From a virus (lineage: Duplodnaviria; Caudoviricetes), in the IMG/VR virus record IMGVR_UViG_3300043410_001129, positions 1-60,762 of that record: 60,762 nucleotides of DNA. One strand, 5' to 3'. Both the position numbers and the translations under genes were made by a program. Position 1 is the stretch's first letter. Each line of letters starts with the position of its first letter. The notes under the pieces were generated by a model that was not told the origin of the DNA, did not search any database, and saw only the letters and a list, made by a program, of their open reading frames with translations. Below, piece after piece: positions 25,471-36,200 of this stretch.

Positions 25471-25875
25471 ATGTCAGATATTTGGTCGGAAGATCAAGAC
25501 GTTAGCCCCAAATCAACCACTGCACTGATGGCGAAACGCTATCGGGAAATCGAATACGAACAAAAAAAACTCAAAGCAGAACGAGACAGCATCGAGAACG
25601 AATTGCTCGGGTTGTTTCCACAAGAGTTCGGAGAACAGTCAAAGGTCTTTGACGGTGTTCGTATTACTGTCGAGACTGCTGAGCGGTTCGATTGGGACAC
25701 AGAAATCCTTGAAAATATTTTCGCTTCGTCGGACGCGCTGCCCGACTATGTGAAGAAGCGTCTGCTCGTGGACAAGCGAGCTTTCGCAAAGCTGAATGAA
25801 GAAACGCGGCGTGTCCTTCTGCCCGCTCTCACAAGAAAGCTGGGCACAACCAAACTTACGGTGACAGATGTCTAA
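25471..25875 (+). CDS. Hypothetical protein of the recombination operon
   Basis: GGAG RBS and coiled-coil N-terminus. Confidence 0.8.
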   Translation: MSDIWSEDQDVSPKSTTALMAKRYREIEYEQKKLKAERDSIENELLGLFPQEFGEQSKVFDGVRITVETAERFDWDTEILENIFASSDALPDYVKKRLLVDKRAFAKLNEETRRVLLPALTRKLGTTKLTVTDV

Positions 25876-26089
25876 AACATTTTTCCTTGATGGCGTTGAA
25901 TACGCCACTGATGCTTTGCATCCCCAAGCGGCTGTGATCATCGACGCGCTCGAAGAGATCGACCGTCGTTCTGCCCCGATCCAGCGTGACCTGATGATCA
26001 TGGGCACTGCCCGTGACTCGCTCATTCACCAGCTGCGCATCGTGATGCAGAACACGCAGAACGAACAGGCTCCCGAGGAGGGCGCCTAA
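25868..26089 (+). CDS. Small hypothetical protein
   Basis: Coupled ORF. Confidence 0.75.
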   Translation: MSKTFFLDGVEYATDALHPQAAVIIDALEEIDRRSAPIQRDLMIMGTARDSLIHQLRIVMQNTQNEQAPEEGA

Positions 26090-26883
26090 TGTTTAAGCCA
26101 ATGAACACGGCTACGGCCAAGGAGACCCACCGCCATAAGGCACTGGTCTATGCGTTCCATGGTTGGGGTAAGACCACTCAGGCTGCTCACATGCAGCGGT
26201 CATACGGCAAGACGTTCATCATCTCTGGTGAGAGCGGGCTGAAGTCTGTCGCAGACTCCAACATCGACTTCCTGCCTTTCTCATCCTGGGATGGTGAGAA
26301 CGATCCCGAGAAAGGTGTCTACTCGTTCAAGGGCATCGTGAAGATGATGGCCTCGAAGGAGTTCCGCGAAGCTGGTTACGAGTGCATCTTCATCGACTCG
26401 CTGACCGAGCTGGCTGACCGGTGCATCGAGCATTGGCAGAAGGTTCACGAGGACAACAAGAACGCATTTGCGTTGTGGGGCGACTACGGCTCCTCGATGT
26501 TGGGTGCGCTCAAGTGGGTTCGTGATCTCCCCTATCACGTCATCGTCACGGCTCTCGCCAAGGAAGCCAAGGACGACAATGGTGATCAGGACTACTGGCC
26601 CTTCATTCAGGGCAACGCCGTCCAGAAGCAGGTCGGCGGCATCTTCGATCATGTGTTCTGTGGGGTGCGAGTGACTGACGGGGACCGCACGTCTCCGGTG
26701 GTGACGCGCTTCATCGTGACTGACGAGGTGCGTGGATGGCACGGGAAGTCCCGTGATCCGAAGAAGCGTCTGAAGCCGGTGGAAAAGACAGCCGATATTT
26801 CCGAGCTGTTCCAGCGGTTGGACATGCCTGAAAGCGATTACGAGGCCAAGGTAAAGGCCGCAAAGACTGGAGAAGGTAAATGA
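26089..26883 (+). CDS. AAA_24 / Sak4-like ATPase
   Basis: HGWGKTT, ESGL, FIDSLTE and KSR. Adjacent to an SSB-like gene. Confidence 0.85.
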   Translation: MFKPMNTATAKETHRHKALVYAFHGWGKTTQAAHMQRSYGKTFIISGESGLKSVADSNIDFLPFSSWDGENDPEKGVYSFKGIVKMMASKEFREAGYECIFIDSLTELADRCIEHWQKVHEDNKNAFALWGDYGSSMLGALKWVRDLPYHVIVTALAKEAKDDNGDQDYWPFIQGNAVQKQVGGIFDHVFCGVRVTDGDRTSPVVTRFIVTDEVRGWHGKSRDPKKRLKPVEKTADISELFQRLDMPESDYEAKVKAAKTGEGK

Positions 26884-27362
26884 GTTTCTCGTTTCGCAAT
26901 TTGAACTTGGCCAACGTGGATGTTGGTTCTGGTGCAGAGCGTTTGAAGCCTGGCCGTTACACGGCTCGTGTGGTTGACGCTGAGCTGAAGACGACCAAGT
27001 CTGGCGGCAATGCCGTCCGTGTCACACTCGCCGATGCTGACGGTGGTGGCATGATCTCAGACTTCATCAACGTGAACGTGCCGAAGAGTTCCGATGCGAC
27101 CCGCATTGGTCTCGAGCGTCTGAAGGCGCTGCTGGTTCACGGTGGTCACCGCAATCCCGACAACCCCGGCGACATCGCAACCCTCAAGGGTCTGGTCGTT
27201 GGCATCCGTGTGGTCGAAGAAGAATACACGGACAAGGACGGCAACAAGCGTAGCGGCTCTGCGGTCAAGAATTACTTGGCTCTTGAGCCAGGCACCACAC
27301 CAGCACAGAAGCCAGCACCTGCATCGAAGGACACCAATCTCGATGACGACATCCCGTTTTAA
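26880..27362 (+). CDS. DUF669-like single-stranded DNA-binding protein
   Basis: LKPGRY.A.V..AE.K.TKSG pattern and acidic DDDIPF C-terminus. Confidence 0.85.
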   Translation: MSFSFRNLNLANVDVGSGAERLKPGRYTARVVDAELKTTKSGGNAVRVTLADADGGGMISDFINVNVPKSSDATRIGLERLKALLVHGGHRNPDNPGDIATLKGLVVGIRVVEEEYTDKDGNKRSGSAVKNYLALEPGTTPAQKPAPASKDTNLDDDIPF

Positions 27363-28149
27363 GCTGCACGAACGCATCGAAGCAGCTTTTACGGGACGGA
27401 AAGATGCGCCGAGGAAATACCTCGGCGCGTCGATTGTAGGAAATCCTTGCACTGCTTATTTGGCGTTGTCTCTGCGTGGGTTCCCCGAAGCTCCGATTGA
27501 AGCTCAACTCATGCGTATCTTCGAACTTGGCCACATCCTCGAAGACGTCGTGCTGAAGCATCTTCGCCATGCTGGTGTGGACGTGATCGACGAGAGCGTT
27601 GATGGACGGCAGGTCGAGTGGACCATGTATGGCGGGCACGTCAAGATGCACGCTGATGGTCGTATTGTTGAGAATGACGAGATCGTTGCCATCCTTGAAA
27701 TCAAGTCGATGGGCGCCTCGAAGTTCAAAGACTTCCAAGAGAAGGGGGTGCGCAATTCTCATCGCGCCTACTTCGATCAGGTTCAACTGATGATGGGAGC
27801 CAGCGGGATCGAGAGGTCTGTGCTGATCGCCTACAACAAAAACAACAGCGAGTATCACAGCGAGCTGATCGAGTTCGACGAATTTTATCACGCAGATCAG
27901 AAGCGTCGGATCGAGGTCGTGCTTCAGAACGAAGCCACCAGGGTTGCGTCTGACGAAAGTGATTGGAGATGCCGGGGGTGCTTCAAGCGCACCAGCTGTT
28001 GGGGCAACGACAGGCCGGAGCCTGACTGCCGCAACTGCGCTCACGCACTGGCGACTCCCGATGGACATTGGTGGTGTGAGTTTCATTCGAAGACTGCGAA
28101 GGAAGTCTGCGGTGATCACGACTTCTACCGCCCCAAGGAAAGGGCATGA
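27343..28149 (+). CDS. Cas4-like PD-(D/E)XK exonuclease
   Basis: YLGAS.VG.PC, HADG, LEIKS, QVQLMM and a C-terminal Cys cluster. Confidence 0.85.
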   Translation: MTTSRFKLHERIEAAFTGRKDAPRKYLGASIVGNPCTAYLALSLRGFPEAPIEAQLMRIFELGHILEDVVLKHLRHAGVDVIDESVDGRQVEWTMYGGHVKMHADGRIVENDEIVAILEIKSMGASKFKDFQEKGVRNSHRAYFDQVQLMMGASGIERSVLIAYNKNNSEYHSELIEFDEFYHADQKRRIEVVLQNEATRVASDESDWRCRGCFKRTSCWGNDRPEPDCRNCAHALATPDGHWWCEFHSKTAKEVCGDHDFYRPKERA

Positions 28150-28150
28150 C

Positions 28151-28378
28151 ATGGAACGAGATCATCGGACTATCGCAACACTCAAGAAGAAACTGGCCAT
28201 GATCCAACATGATTTGGATCGTGTGTCTGATCGTATTCTTGAGATTGATATGGGTGACTCCTGCTACGAGGACGAACTCAAGAGGGCGTTCACCAAGAAG
28301 CGTGGACTGCTCAAGGAAAAACTCAACCTTGAAATCCAGCTGATCGAGCTGCGGCACGAGCTGGTATTGGAGGAATGA
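28151..28378 (+). CDS. Small coiled-coil protein
   Basis: Operon context. Confidence 0.65.
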   Translation: MERDHRTIATLKKKLAMIQHDLDRVSDRILEIDMGDSCYEDELKRAFTKKRGLLKEKLNLEIQLIELRHELVLEE

Positions 28379-28578
28379 TGGCTGCGAGACATAGCACAGA
28401 AGACAACATCGAAGAGCGGCGACAGGTCATGGTCGAGATGAGGTTACGCGGACTTCCATATTCGTTGATCGCAAGGAAGTTCGGTATAGCCAAGAACTCG
28501 GCACGGGCCGTTGTCATCAGAGCAATCGGAATGGAGAAGGCAAATGAAAAAGGAAGACATGCTCGCAAAGTCGGCTGA
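28375..28578 (+). CDS. Small HTH protein
   Basis: RLRGLPYSLIARKFGIAKNSAR. Confidence 0.7.
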   Translation: MMAARHSTEDNIEERRQVMVEMRLRGLPYSLIARKFGIAKNSARAVVIRAIGMEKANEKGRHARKVG

Positions 28579-28816
28579 CCTGTTGGTCGAGCGCGGCAAT
28601 ATGTATGGCGAGGTTCGACAGAACTTCGCTCGGATCGCGGCCTGTGCCATGGGCATGTTGGGCCGGAACGTCACCATGTATGAGGTGGCTGTGATCCTTC
28701 TGGCTGTGAAGCTGGGCCGGATGTCGGAAGACCCGACCTATGTCGACAGTTACCTGGACGGCATCAACTATCTGGCGATTGCCGGAGAGCTTGGCACGGA
28801 GGCACCCAATGCCTGA
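28544..28816 (+). CDS. DUF6378-like protein
   Basis: ERG.MYG...NFARIA...KL.R...DSYLDGINY. Confidence 0.8.
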   Translation: MKKEDMLAKSADLLVERGNMYGEVRQNFARIAACAMGMLGRNVTMYEVAVILLAVKLGRMSEDPTYVDSYLDGINYLAIAGELGTEAPNA

Positions 28817-28922
28817 ATGGACCACAACGACGCTGGCGATTATCGGAGCGTTCTGTGTTGGCTCCATGCTCGGTGTGCTTGGTCTAGCGATCTTCTTTGT
28901 GGCGGATGACGGTCGTGACTAA
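28809..28922 (+). CDS. Small membrane peptide
   Basis: GGAGG RBS and a hydrophobic helix. Confidence 0.55.
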   Translation: MPEWTTTTLAIIGAFCVGSMLGVLGLAIFFVADDGRD

Positions 28923-29160
28923 CGTCGTTCGGGAATATGAGAAGATCGCAGAGGCCGAGAGTCTGAGGGTCGTCGAAGTTATCCGGCGATCACGTCACAC
29001 CTTTATGGTGTTGGAGAACAAGAACGGCGACCAGATGTGGCAGCCGGTTCACAACACCAATGTCTCGACAGGGCGTGACAAGAAAAATGCTACCGCACAA
29101 TTCAGAAGGTTTTCCCGTGGAGAGACCCACGGGTTAAGAGTGGTGCGGTATGGCGAATAG
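28897..29160 (+). CDS. Hypothetical protein
   Basis: Operon context. Confidence 0.6.
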   Translation: MWRMTVVTNVVREYEKIAEAESLRVVEVIRRSRHTFMVLENKNGDQMWQPVHNTNVSTGRDKKNATAQFRRFSRGETHGLRVVRYGE

Positions 29161-29362
29161 GGAATTGGTGGTCTGGGGAACCAAGCGGCTCGAGGACATG
29201 ACGAAGCCCGAGCTGATCGCCGCCCTAAAGAAAGTCTACGAGCATCACCTGTTGGTGTTCGGTCAGCGCCTCGGTTCTGAAGAGGTGCCCGTGTTCCACG
29301 AGGACATGGACAAGTGGAATGATCAGCTGAGGATTTGGTTCTATGGCGATTACACAACTTAA
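29150..29362 (+). CDS. Hypothetical protein
   Basis: Operon context. Confidence 0.6.
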   Translation: MANRELVVWGTKRLEDMTKPELIAALKKVYEHHLLVFGQRLGSEEVPVFHEDMDKWNDQLRIWFYGDYTT

Positions 29363-29654
29363 CCCGACGGTTTGGATGAAGACGCCGAAGGGCGTGGGTC
29401 TGTGTCACTTCGTGATCGACTACGGTGAGGAGCATGACTTGCTGTGGGTGGTGGCGGATGACGCGACCGGAGAGATTTGGACCTGGCCGAACCCGAAGGT
29501 GCGGTTCATTCCGAATATTAGTTTGGCAGCAGAGAGGGATAGTAATGGTAATGGGAATAGCGGAGTGGCTGGAGCAGGAGCAGCTGGCGAGAGAGCAGTG
29601 GCTCAAGGAGCAACGGGAAAGTTTGGCAACATGGCAAAGCACGGTGCAGGGTAA
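29343..29654 (+). CDS. Hypothetical phage protein (QLNP...TPKG...IDYG.EH motif)
   Basis: Operon context. Confidence 0.65.
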   Translation: MAITQLNPTVWMKTPKGVGLCHFVIDYGEEHDLLWVVADDATGEIWTWPNPKVRFIPNISLAAERDSNGNGNSGVAGAGAAGERAVAQGATGKFGNMAKHGAG

Positions 29655-29934
29655 TCTGTCGCTGCACCTTTTCACGATGCGGCAGGAATTGGAGATTTTC
29701 AAGGGGGAGATGAAGGAGATCATCGAGAGATCGACGAAGGAGATCATCAGCGAGATGAGGCCACCTTTTTCTCCGCCGTTAGGGTCTCATATTTATACTG
29801 TTGCTACTCCGCGAGCCATGGAAGATAGTATGAAAGACGTGAGCCTGTCTGGGACGACGGCGGCATTTGTGACGCTGGATGAAATACCGGAAGTTTTGGA
29901 AAAGGAATTGCGTGATGAGTTCTGGCGAGAATAG
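29551..29934 (+). CDS. Hypothetical protein
   Basis: Operon context. Start uncertain. Confidence 0.55.
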   Translation: MGIAEWLEQEQLAREQWLKEQRESLATWQSTVQGNLSLHLFTMRQELEIFKGEMKEIIERSTKEIISEMRPPFSPPLGSHIYTVATPRAMEDSMKDVSLSGTTAAFVTLDEIPEVLEKELRDEFWRE

Positions 29935-30211
29935 TTTGAACGTGGTCAAGATCGGCAAGGCCGCACCGGACGATCAAGTGATCGAACAAGCCGAGTTCAT
30001 TTTGGAACAGGCCAAGGCTGGCAACATGAGAAGCCTGTTGTGGGTAAGCGAAAATCTCGACGGCACTTATACCCACGGGATCACTAGGCGGACAGACAGC
30101 TTCAAATGCCTGGCGTATCTCGACAGGTTGCGGCACCGCGTCAACCTGTGGTTGGACGCGGATAGTCATGATCCGATTGATTGGGTGGATGAGGGCGACA
30201 GCGAGGATTAA
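29915..30211 (+). CDS. Hypothetical protein
   Basis: AAGGA RBS. Converges on the giant gene. Confidence 0.7.
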   Translation: MSSGENSLNVVKIGKAAPDDQVIEQAEFILEQAKAGNMRSLLWVSENLDGTYTHGITRRTDSFKCLAYLDRLRHRVNLWLDADSHDPIDWVDEGDSED

Positions 30212-33200
30212 GACCCGCTGAAGCCACCACCGAAGCCACCACCAAATCCACCACCGAAGCCGCCTCCCTTCGCGTTCATGCGATTGGAGGCGCTACTGTT
30301 TGCGCGTTCCCCCGCCACATAGTTCGTGACGTTCTCGCGGAAGGGCTTCACCTGACCGGCGAACGGGACACGAGAGGCCACGTCACGGACTGCTGAGCGT
30401 TCGCGGTAGTTGGTCCCGTCTTCACCAATCAGGGCATGTTCGATGCCGCCAGCCGTCTCGAAGGCAGACTGGGCGAGACCCCATGTCGGGCCAAGCACGA
30501 AGGACGCTGCGCGGTTCATGCCATACTGGCCGTTGTCGAGAGACTCGCCGACCTGGAAGAGCATGTCGGAGAACAGGCCGAAGCCGCCCATGGACATGAA
30601 GCCGTCGATATACCAGCCGAGGAAGGTGTCGAGGTCGACGTTCGTGCCCATGACGTTGACGGTTCCGGGCGTCTTGCCCTTGAAGCCAAACTGCTCGGCG
30701 ATCTTCTGGTAGGAGCGGACGCGAGGTGCGAACTCGCCCGTTCCCTTCTCGTCACCACCACGACCCTGGATCACGTCCTTCATGTAGATGGCGCCCATGC
30801 CGGAGCCAGCTCCGAGGGAGAGCATCATCGCGAGCGGTGCGACGTTGCCTTCCTTGGCTTCCTTCAGAACCGTGCCACCAAGTTTGGACATCATCAGGGG
30901 GAACGACTTCAGCTGCCAGGCGAGCATACCCCACGGAGTCTGCGCCCAGACTGGGACGTCGTTCGGGTTCGGCGTGAAGATCGACTCGTTGGCGAACTTG
31001 ATGATCGCCGCACGGACGTCGTCGTTGTGCTGGACCTGCGTCAGATCGCCGAACGACTTGGCAGGATCGGTCGCGTAGTCACCGAGGCCGTAGTGATCCA
31101 GGAAGCGCTTGGCCTGCCGGAAGCTACGGTTCTGGGAGACCGAGTCTGCGCGGTAGTTCTGCTGCGCCTTCTCGATCATTGCCTGCATCGCGTAGTAGCC
31201 GTGGATGCCAGCGATCTCGCGCTGCATGTTGGTCCATGGGGTCAGAAGCGATGCGTTGAAGAACGCATTGGTGCGGCGACCGTCGAACACACCAGCGGCC
31301 TGGCCACCGTAGAGGGAGGCGTAGCGCTCGTGGATCAGGTTCTCGATGGTGACGCCAATGTTGCGGATGGCGTCCCGGTAGGTTGGGTCGGTCGCGTAAG
31401 ACTTCAGCGCCTTGTAGGTCGCCTTCATCGAGCCGGAGCGGATCGCGGGCATGGACAAGTCCGAGATCGAGGTCAGCACGGTGAAGGGCAGGAGGGTTGC
31501 GCTGTTGAAGTTGCGCAGACCACGGCTCACCGCATAGGCGCCTTCCTGACCAACGCCGGTGTAGACCCGCTTGTTCTGGATGGCGCGGAAGGTGGCCTGC
31601 ATGTGGTCGAGTTCCGAGCGGGTGATGCCGTTCGGCATGTCTGCCATAGCCTGAGCGATGGCCATTGCCCGCTTCTCGAAGGTCTTGCCGCCGTCGACGT
31701 CGGTGATGCCGGACTGCTTTCGGACAGACATGATCGCGTCGAAGGCGTCCTGTGCGGTGCCGCCTTCTGCCAGACGCTTGCGAGCTGCATTGATGGCTGT
31801 GCCTGCCTGCATCTCGTTCATGGGGATCATGACCGTTTCATGCGTGATCTCGCGCATCACCTCGTTCTCTGGGCCAATGGCCTTCGAGGTGTTGGTCAGG
31901 ATTTTCCGGGTGTTGAGCAGGGTCCGACCAGCCGAGTCGCCGAAGGTGGCGACCTGGACGTAGTCGTAATAGCCGTGGTTGTTGTGACCGAACTGCTTGG
32001 CGAAGGCGATGCGCTTCTCGGCAGTGTCGGCATACTTGGTCACGATGGCCGTGATGTCGCTGTTCAGGAACGGCTCCAACTCGCGCAGAGCTTCGCGATC
32101 ACGATCAAGGCGGATCATGCGGCTCATTTCGTGATCCATGACGGGGGCACGAGAGCCACCGGCAACAGGTGCGTGAACGACGCCGTCGTCATCGGTCAGG
32201 CGGGCAAACACCTTCTCGGCGCGGGACACGGCTTCTGCACGAGAGAGAGGCTCGCGCATCTCGTCTTTCAGGGCGTCACGCTGGAAGTGATTGGCCAGAC
32301 CTTCGATGACACCAGACGGATTGCGGTGCATCGCTTCCACGTCCCAGTGCTGCGGGAAATAGTCGCCGATGGTGCCGACGCGGATGTTGGCGTCGTTCAA
32401 GAGGCGCTCGCGATAGTGGCTGAAGAAGCCCTTGAGTGCTTCTGCGGCCTGCTGTTCCTCGGGGGCCAAGCGGCGGATGGCTTCGTCGCCACGACGCAGG
32501 GCAGAGGCGATGCGCTTGTGGGAGTCTGGCGTGATGTGCTGCTGGTGCGTGATGCCGACGGTGAGGTCTGACACCTTGCGGAGCCAATCACCCAGTGCGC
32601 CCTTGGCGTCTGGCAGATTGTGGAGCTGCTGGACGATGGGGTTCAGGTGCTTCGAGGTGTCAGCGTGGTGGCGCTCGTAGTAGCCGGTGCCATGCTCGGG
32701 TGCGATCCAGTCGGCGAGCCAACGGGCGCCAGCGAACTCGCGCAGACGATCTGAGTTGGAGCGCAGTTGCACGGGAGCCGAGAACTCCTTGAGACCTTCG
32801 GCTGCCTTCACGTCCTTGCGGGCGATCTTGCGCAGGAGGTCTGCCATCTTGGAGGAGCCACCGCCTGCCTCGACCCACGAGGACATGACGTTGCCAAAGC
32901 GACTGGCGCTGAAGGGTTCGTCGCTGTTCATGGCAGCGTCGAACAAGGCGCCGTTCAACGACATCTTGGGAGTGTCGCCGTTCGGGATCACAGACTTGTA
33001 GAAGCCATCCGAGGAGCGGCTGTATTCCGTGGCCTCGAGCATGTGCTTGACCTGGGCCGGGGTCTCGAAGGCGACGATGATGTCATGCGGAACACCAGCG
33101 CCGTTGATCGGGTGGGTGTCCGTGGTGCGCAGACCGTCATAGCCAAGTTCACGCAGGAGGTCGGTGATCATGTCCTCTGCGGTCTTGGTGTAGGTGATCT

Positions 33201-36200
33201 CGCCGCCATACATGCGGTTGCCGACGCCGGTGACGTCCGAGATTTCCTGGATGAGCGCATCATAGAGCTGGAGGCCAGTCGTTCTGACGAAGCCGTTCTC
33301 GTCGATGTCGCCCATGATCGAGCGTTCGAAGCCGGGATCGGTCCAGCCCTTCTCGACCATCTTGTCGATCAGCTGCTGGATGTGGTGATCAGCCAGGCCG
33401 TCCACGTCCTGGTGGCCGATGATGTGGTCGGTTCCAGTGCGGAAGTCGAAGACCTTCTCGGCGTTCATCGAGATCGGGAAGGTGCGGGAGTCGAGCTTGT
33501 ATTTGCCGAGGTCCGCGTTGAGGCGGGCGTATTCGGACTCGAGTTCCTTCACCTGCTTCTTGACCCAGGTGGTCTCAGCCTTGTTGACGAGGCCAGTGCC
33601 GATGTCGACAGACTTCATTCCCTTGGACTGCTCGAGCCAACCGGCCATGTCGCTCAGCTGAGAGACGATGTCGTCGCGCTGACGCATCATCGACTTCACG
33701 TTGGCCAGCTCGTTGTCGCTGAGTTTCAGCGAGCGCAGCTCGAAGTCGAGGTTGCGTGAAGCCGTGCTGGTGCCCTGACGGGCGAACTCGATGGCGTGCT
33801 TGAACGACTCAGTGGTGTAGAAGCCGTATCCGAAAGAGCCAGCTCCGTTGGGGGTGAACATCACGACGGTCTCACCGTCGCGCATCAGACCGCCAGCGGG
33901 TGTGCCGTGCCAGAGCTGAATGATCTCACCGTCCTGAGTGTAGAAGGAGTGGTGGTTCTTCAGACGAGCGAGCTGCTCGGGGTCCATCTGGCGCAGGACT
34001 TTGCGCAGGTCTGTCTCCAGGCTCATCATCGGAGCGCCGGAGAGGATCGACTCGAGGCCAATGTCACGGGTTGCGCTGGTGGTGCGACCGAACATGTCGC
34101 CATACCAAGTGAGCTGGCGCATCACCTGGCGCATGTCCTTGTTGCCGATCAGGCGGTTGAACAGGTAGGCGAGGGCTTCCTTGACATTGTCGAAGATGCG
34201 CTCGATGCCAGTCTTCAGGCGGATACCTTCGAGGGAGCCTGAGACGTGCAGTTCCATCAGGTCGCCACGGGCAACGCGCTCGGCCAGGTGCATCGCGATG
34301 GACTGGGCGATGTATTCCTCGGCCTGCTTTTCGAAGGAGAGGTCGGCGTATTCATTGCGCACCGTTGCGGCGATCTTGTCCTTCGCGATGGCGAAGGCGT
34401 CGACCATGATCTTGCGATCCTCTTCGGACAGCATCGTGCGGGAGAGCAAGTGACCGGCCTCGTGGACCACGTCGAACGGATTGGCGTTCTCACGCAGACC
34501 GATGGCCAGGCGACGGACGGTCGAACGCAGTTCCTTGAAGACCGGATCGCTCAGGTCTGCGAACACGGCGTTGGCGTTCGCGGGGATTTCCTTGCCTGCC
34601 ATCTTGTAGAGCGTGCCGATGGGCAGAACTTCCGCTTCGCCGACGTGCATCTTCGCTTCGTCGTTCAGCAGGTTCAGGACGCGGTAGGCCAAGGTGCGGG
34701 CGTTGCGCTCGACCTCGGGGTTGTTGTGGTTGATCGGGCGGAGCAGCGCCTTCCACGACTCGGGTGCGTTGGCGGGGATGCCAACTTCGAGAGTCGTGCC
34801 GTCGCGGTGCGTGATTTCTGTTTCGACTGCCTTGCCAATGCGGGACTCGTAGAGGTCCAGCAGGGAGCCAAGGTCGCGGCGCTGGGAGAGTGCGGCTGAA
34901 TAGAGGTCAGCCTGCGCACGATCTGCGGATGCGATTGCCTTGTGCAGACGCGAACGCAGCTCTGCGTCGGGCAGGGCTGCGGTCTCGGGGTCGATCTTGA
35001 CGTTCGGGGTTTCGAACTTGGCGCGATAGCGGTCGGCCAGCTCGTTGGCCAGCTCGATGCCACGCACCGTGCTGGGGCCTTCCTGACGGAACTGCGCCAG
35101 GAGGTCCATGCCGGAGAGCTTGGCAGGAGACATACTGTCGACAGCGGTCGCACGCTTAGCGCCAGACTCGGCACGCGAGACAGTGCGTTCTGCCTTCTCC
35201 TTGGGAGTGGCAGGCTTGTTGACGGCGCGTTCGGCGAGGACGTCCGCCTTGGCCTGTTCGGTCTTTGCAGCGCGGCGTGCCTTGTCGAGGCCAGCGTAGC
35301 GGCGAGACGCTTCACTGCCTGTGCGCTCTGGCATAAGCGGGTTCTTCGGCAGGATTTTGTAACCAGTCTGACGCTGATAGGCGCTCTCGAGCAGGTTGAT
35401 GTAATCAGCGTAGGCGTTCGAGAGTTTGTTGCCGACGCGGTAGGCTTCCATCATGAACTCTGGATTATCGAGTCCGCCCGCTGCGATGTGGGTCATGTCG
35501 ATAATCTGCATCCCGGAGATGCGGGACTCGGCCTGAGCAGTGATGGGGTCAGTGATCAGGTTGCCAAGCTCCATGTCGCGGTATTGCTCGGCGATCAGCT
35601 TGTCGAGTTCGGTCTCGGCGGCACCGGTCTTGTAGGCTTGGTAGAACTCGTGGGCCTCGCGGATCGCGGTGCGGATTTGGCGCAAGCGGTCGGTCACGGG
35701 TTCGTGGCCAGCTGCACGCGGGAAGAGCCAACTCGTGTTGTTGTATTTGGTGAGGACGAACATGAGCTGCTGCGCGTCGTTGATCGCCTCGAGGGCGGCA
35801 ACGGGGTCGGCAGAGTTCAGGCCACGGTCGAGTTCCTCGGCACGCTGAGCGACACGGCGCATCTGGCCTTGGGTCAGCTCGGCGTTCTTCAGCTTCTTGC
35901 CGGTGAGTCCAGCTTCACGCGGCTGGATGTAATCAACGGCCCAGCGGTTAGCGATGTCCTCGTCGGGGATGATCTTCTGGAAGAGGTGGACGATCTCGCC
36001 GGGGGCTTGCCACGGGTCTTTGAAAGCCTTGATGACGTTGGCGAACCGTTCAGCGATGCCACCCCAGAGGCCGGAGTGCGTGCGGAACGGAGTCACGTCC
36101 TCGCGGTCAACGAACGACATGAACAGGTTGGCGAAGAGTTCCTGTGGATTGTCGAAGACGCCTGGAACAACGTCGCGACCCTTGAGGAACTTGGAGAGTT

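Noticed and set aside
27343-28149. Cas4-like gene as part of a CRISPR system
   Set aside because: No cas1, cas2 or repeat-spacer array was seen. Its context (Sak4-like ATPase, SSB) is phage recombination.
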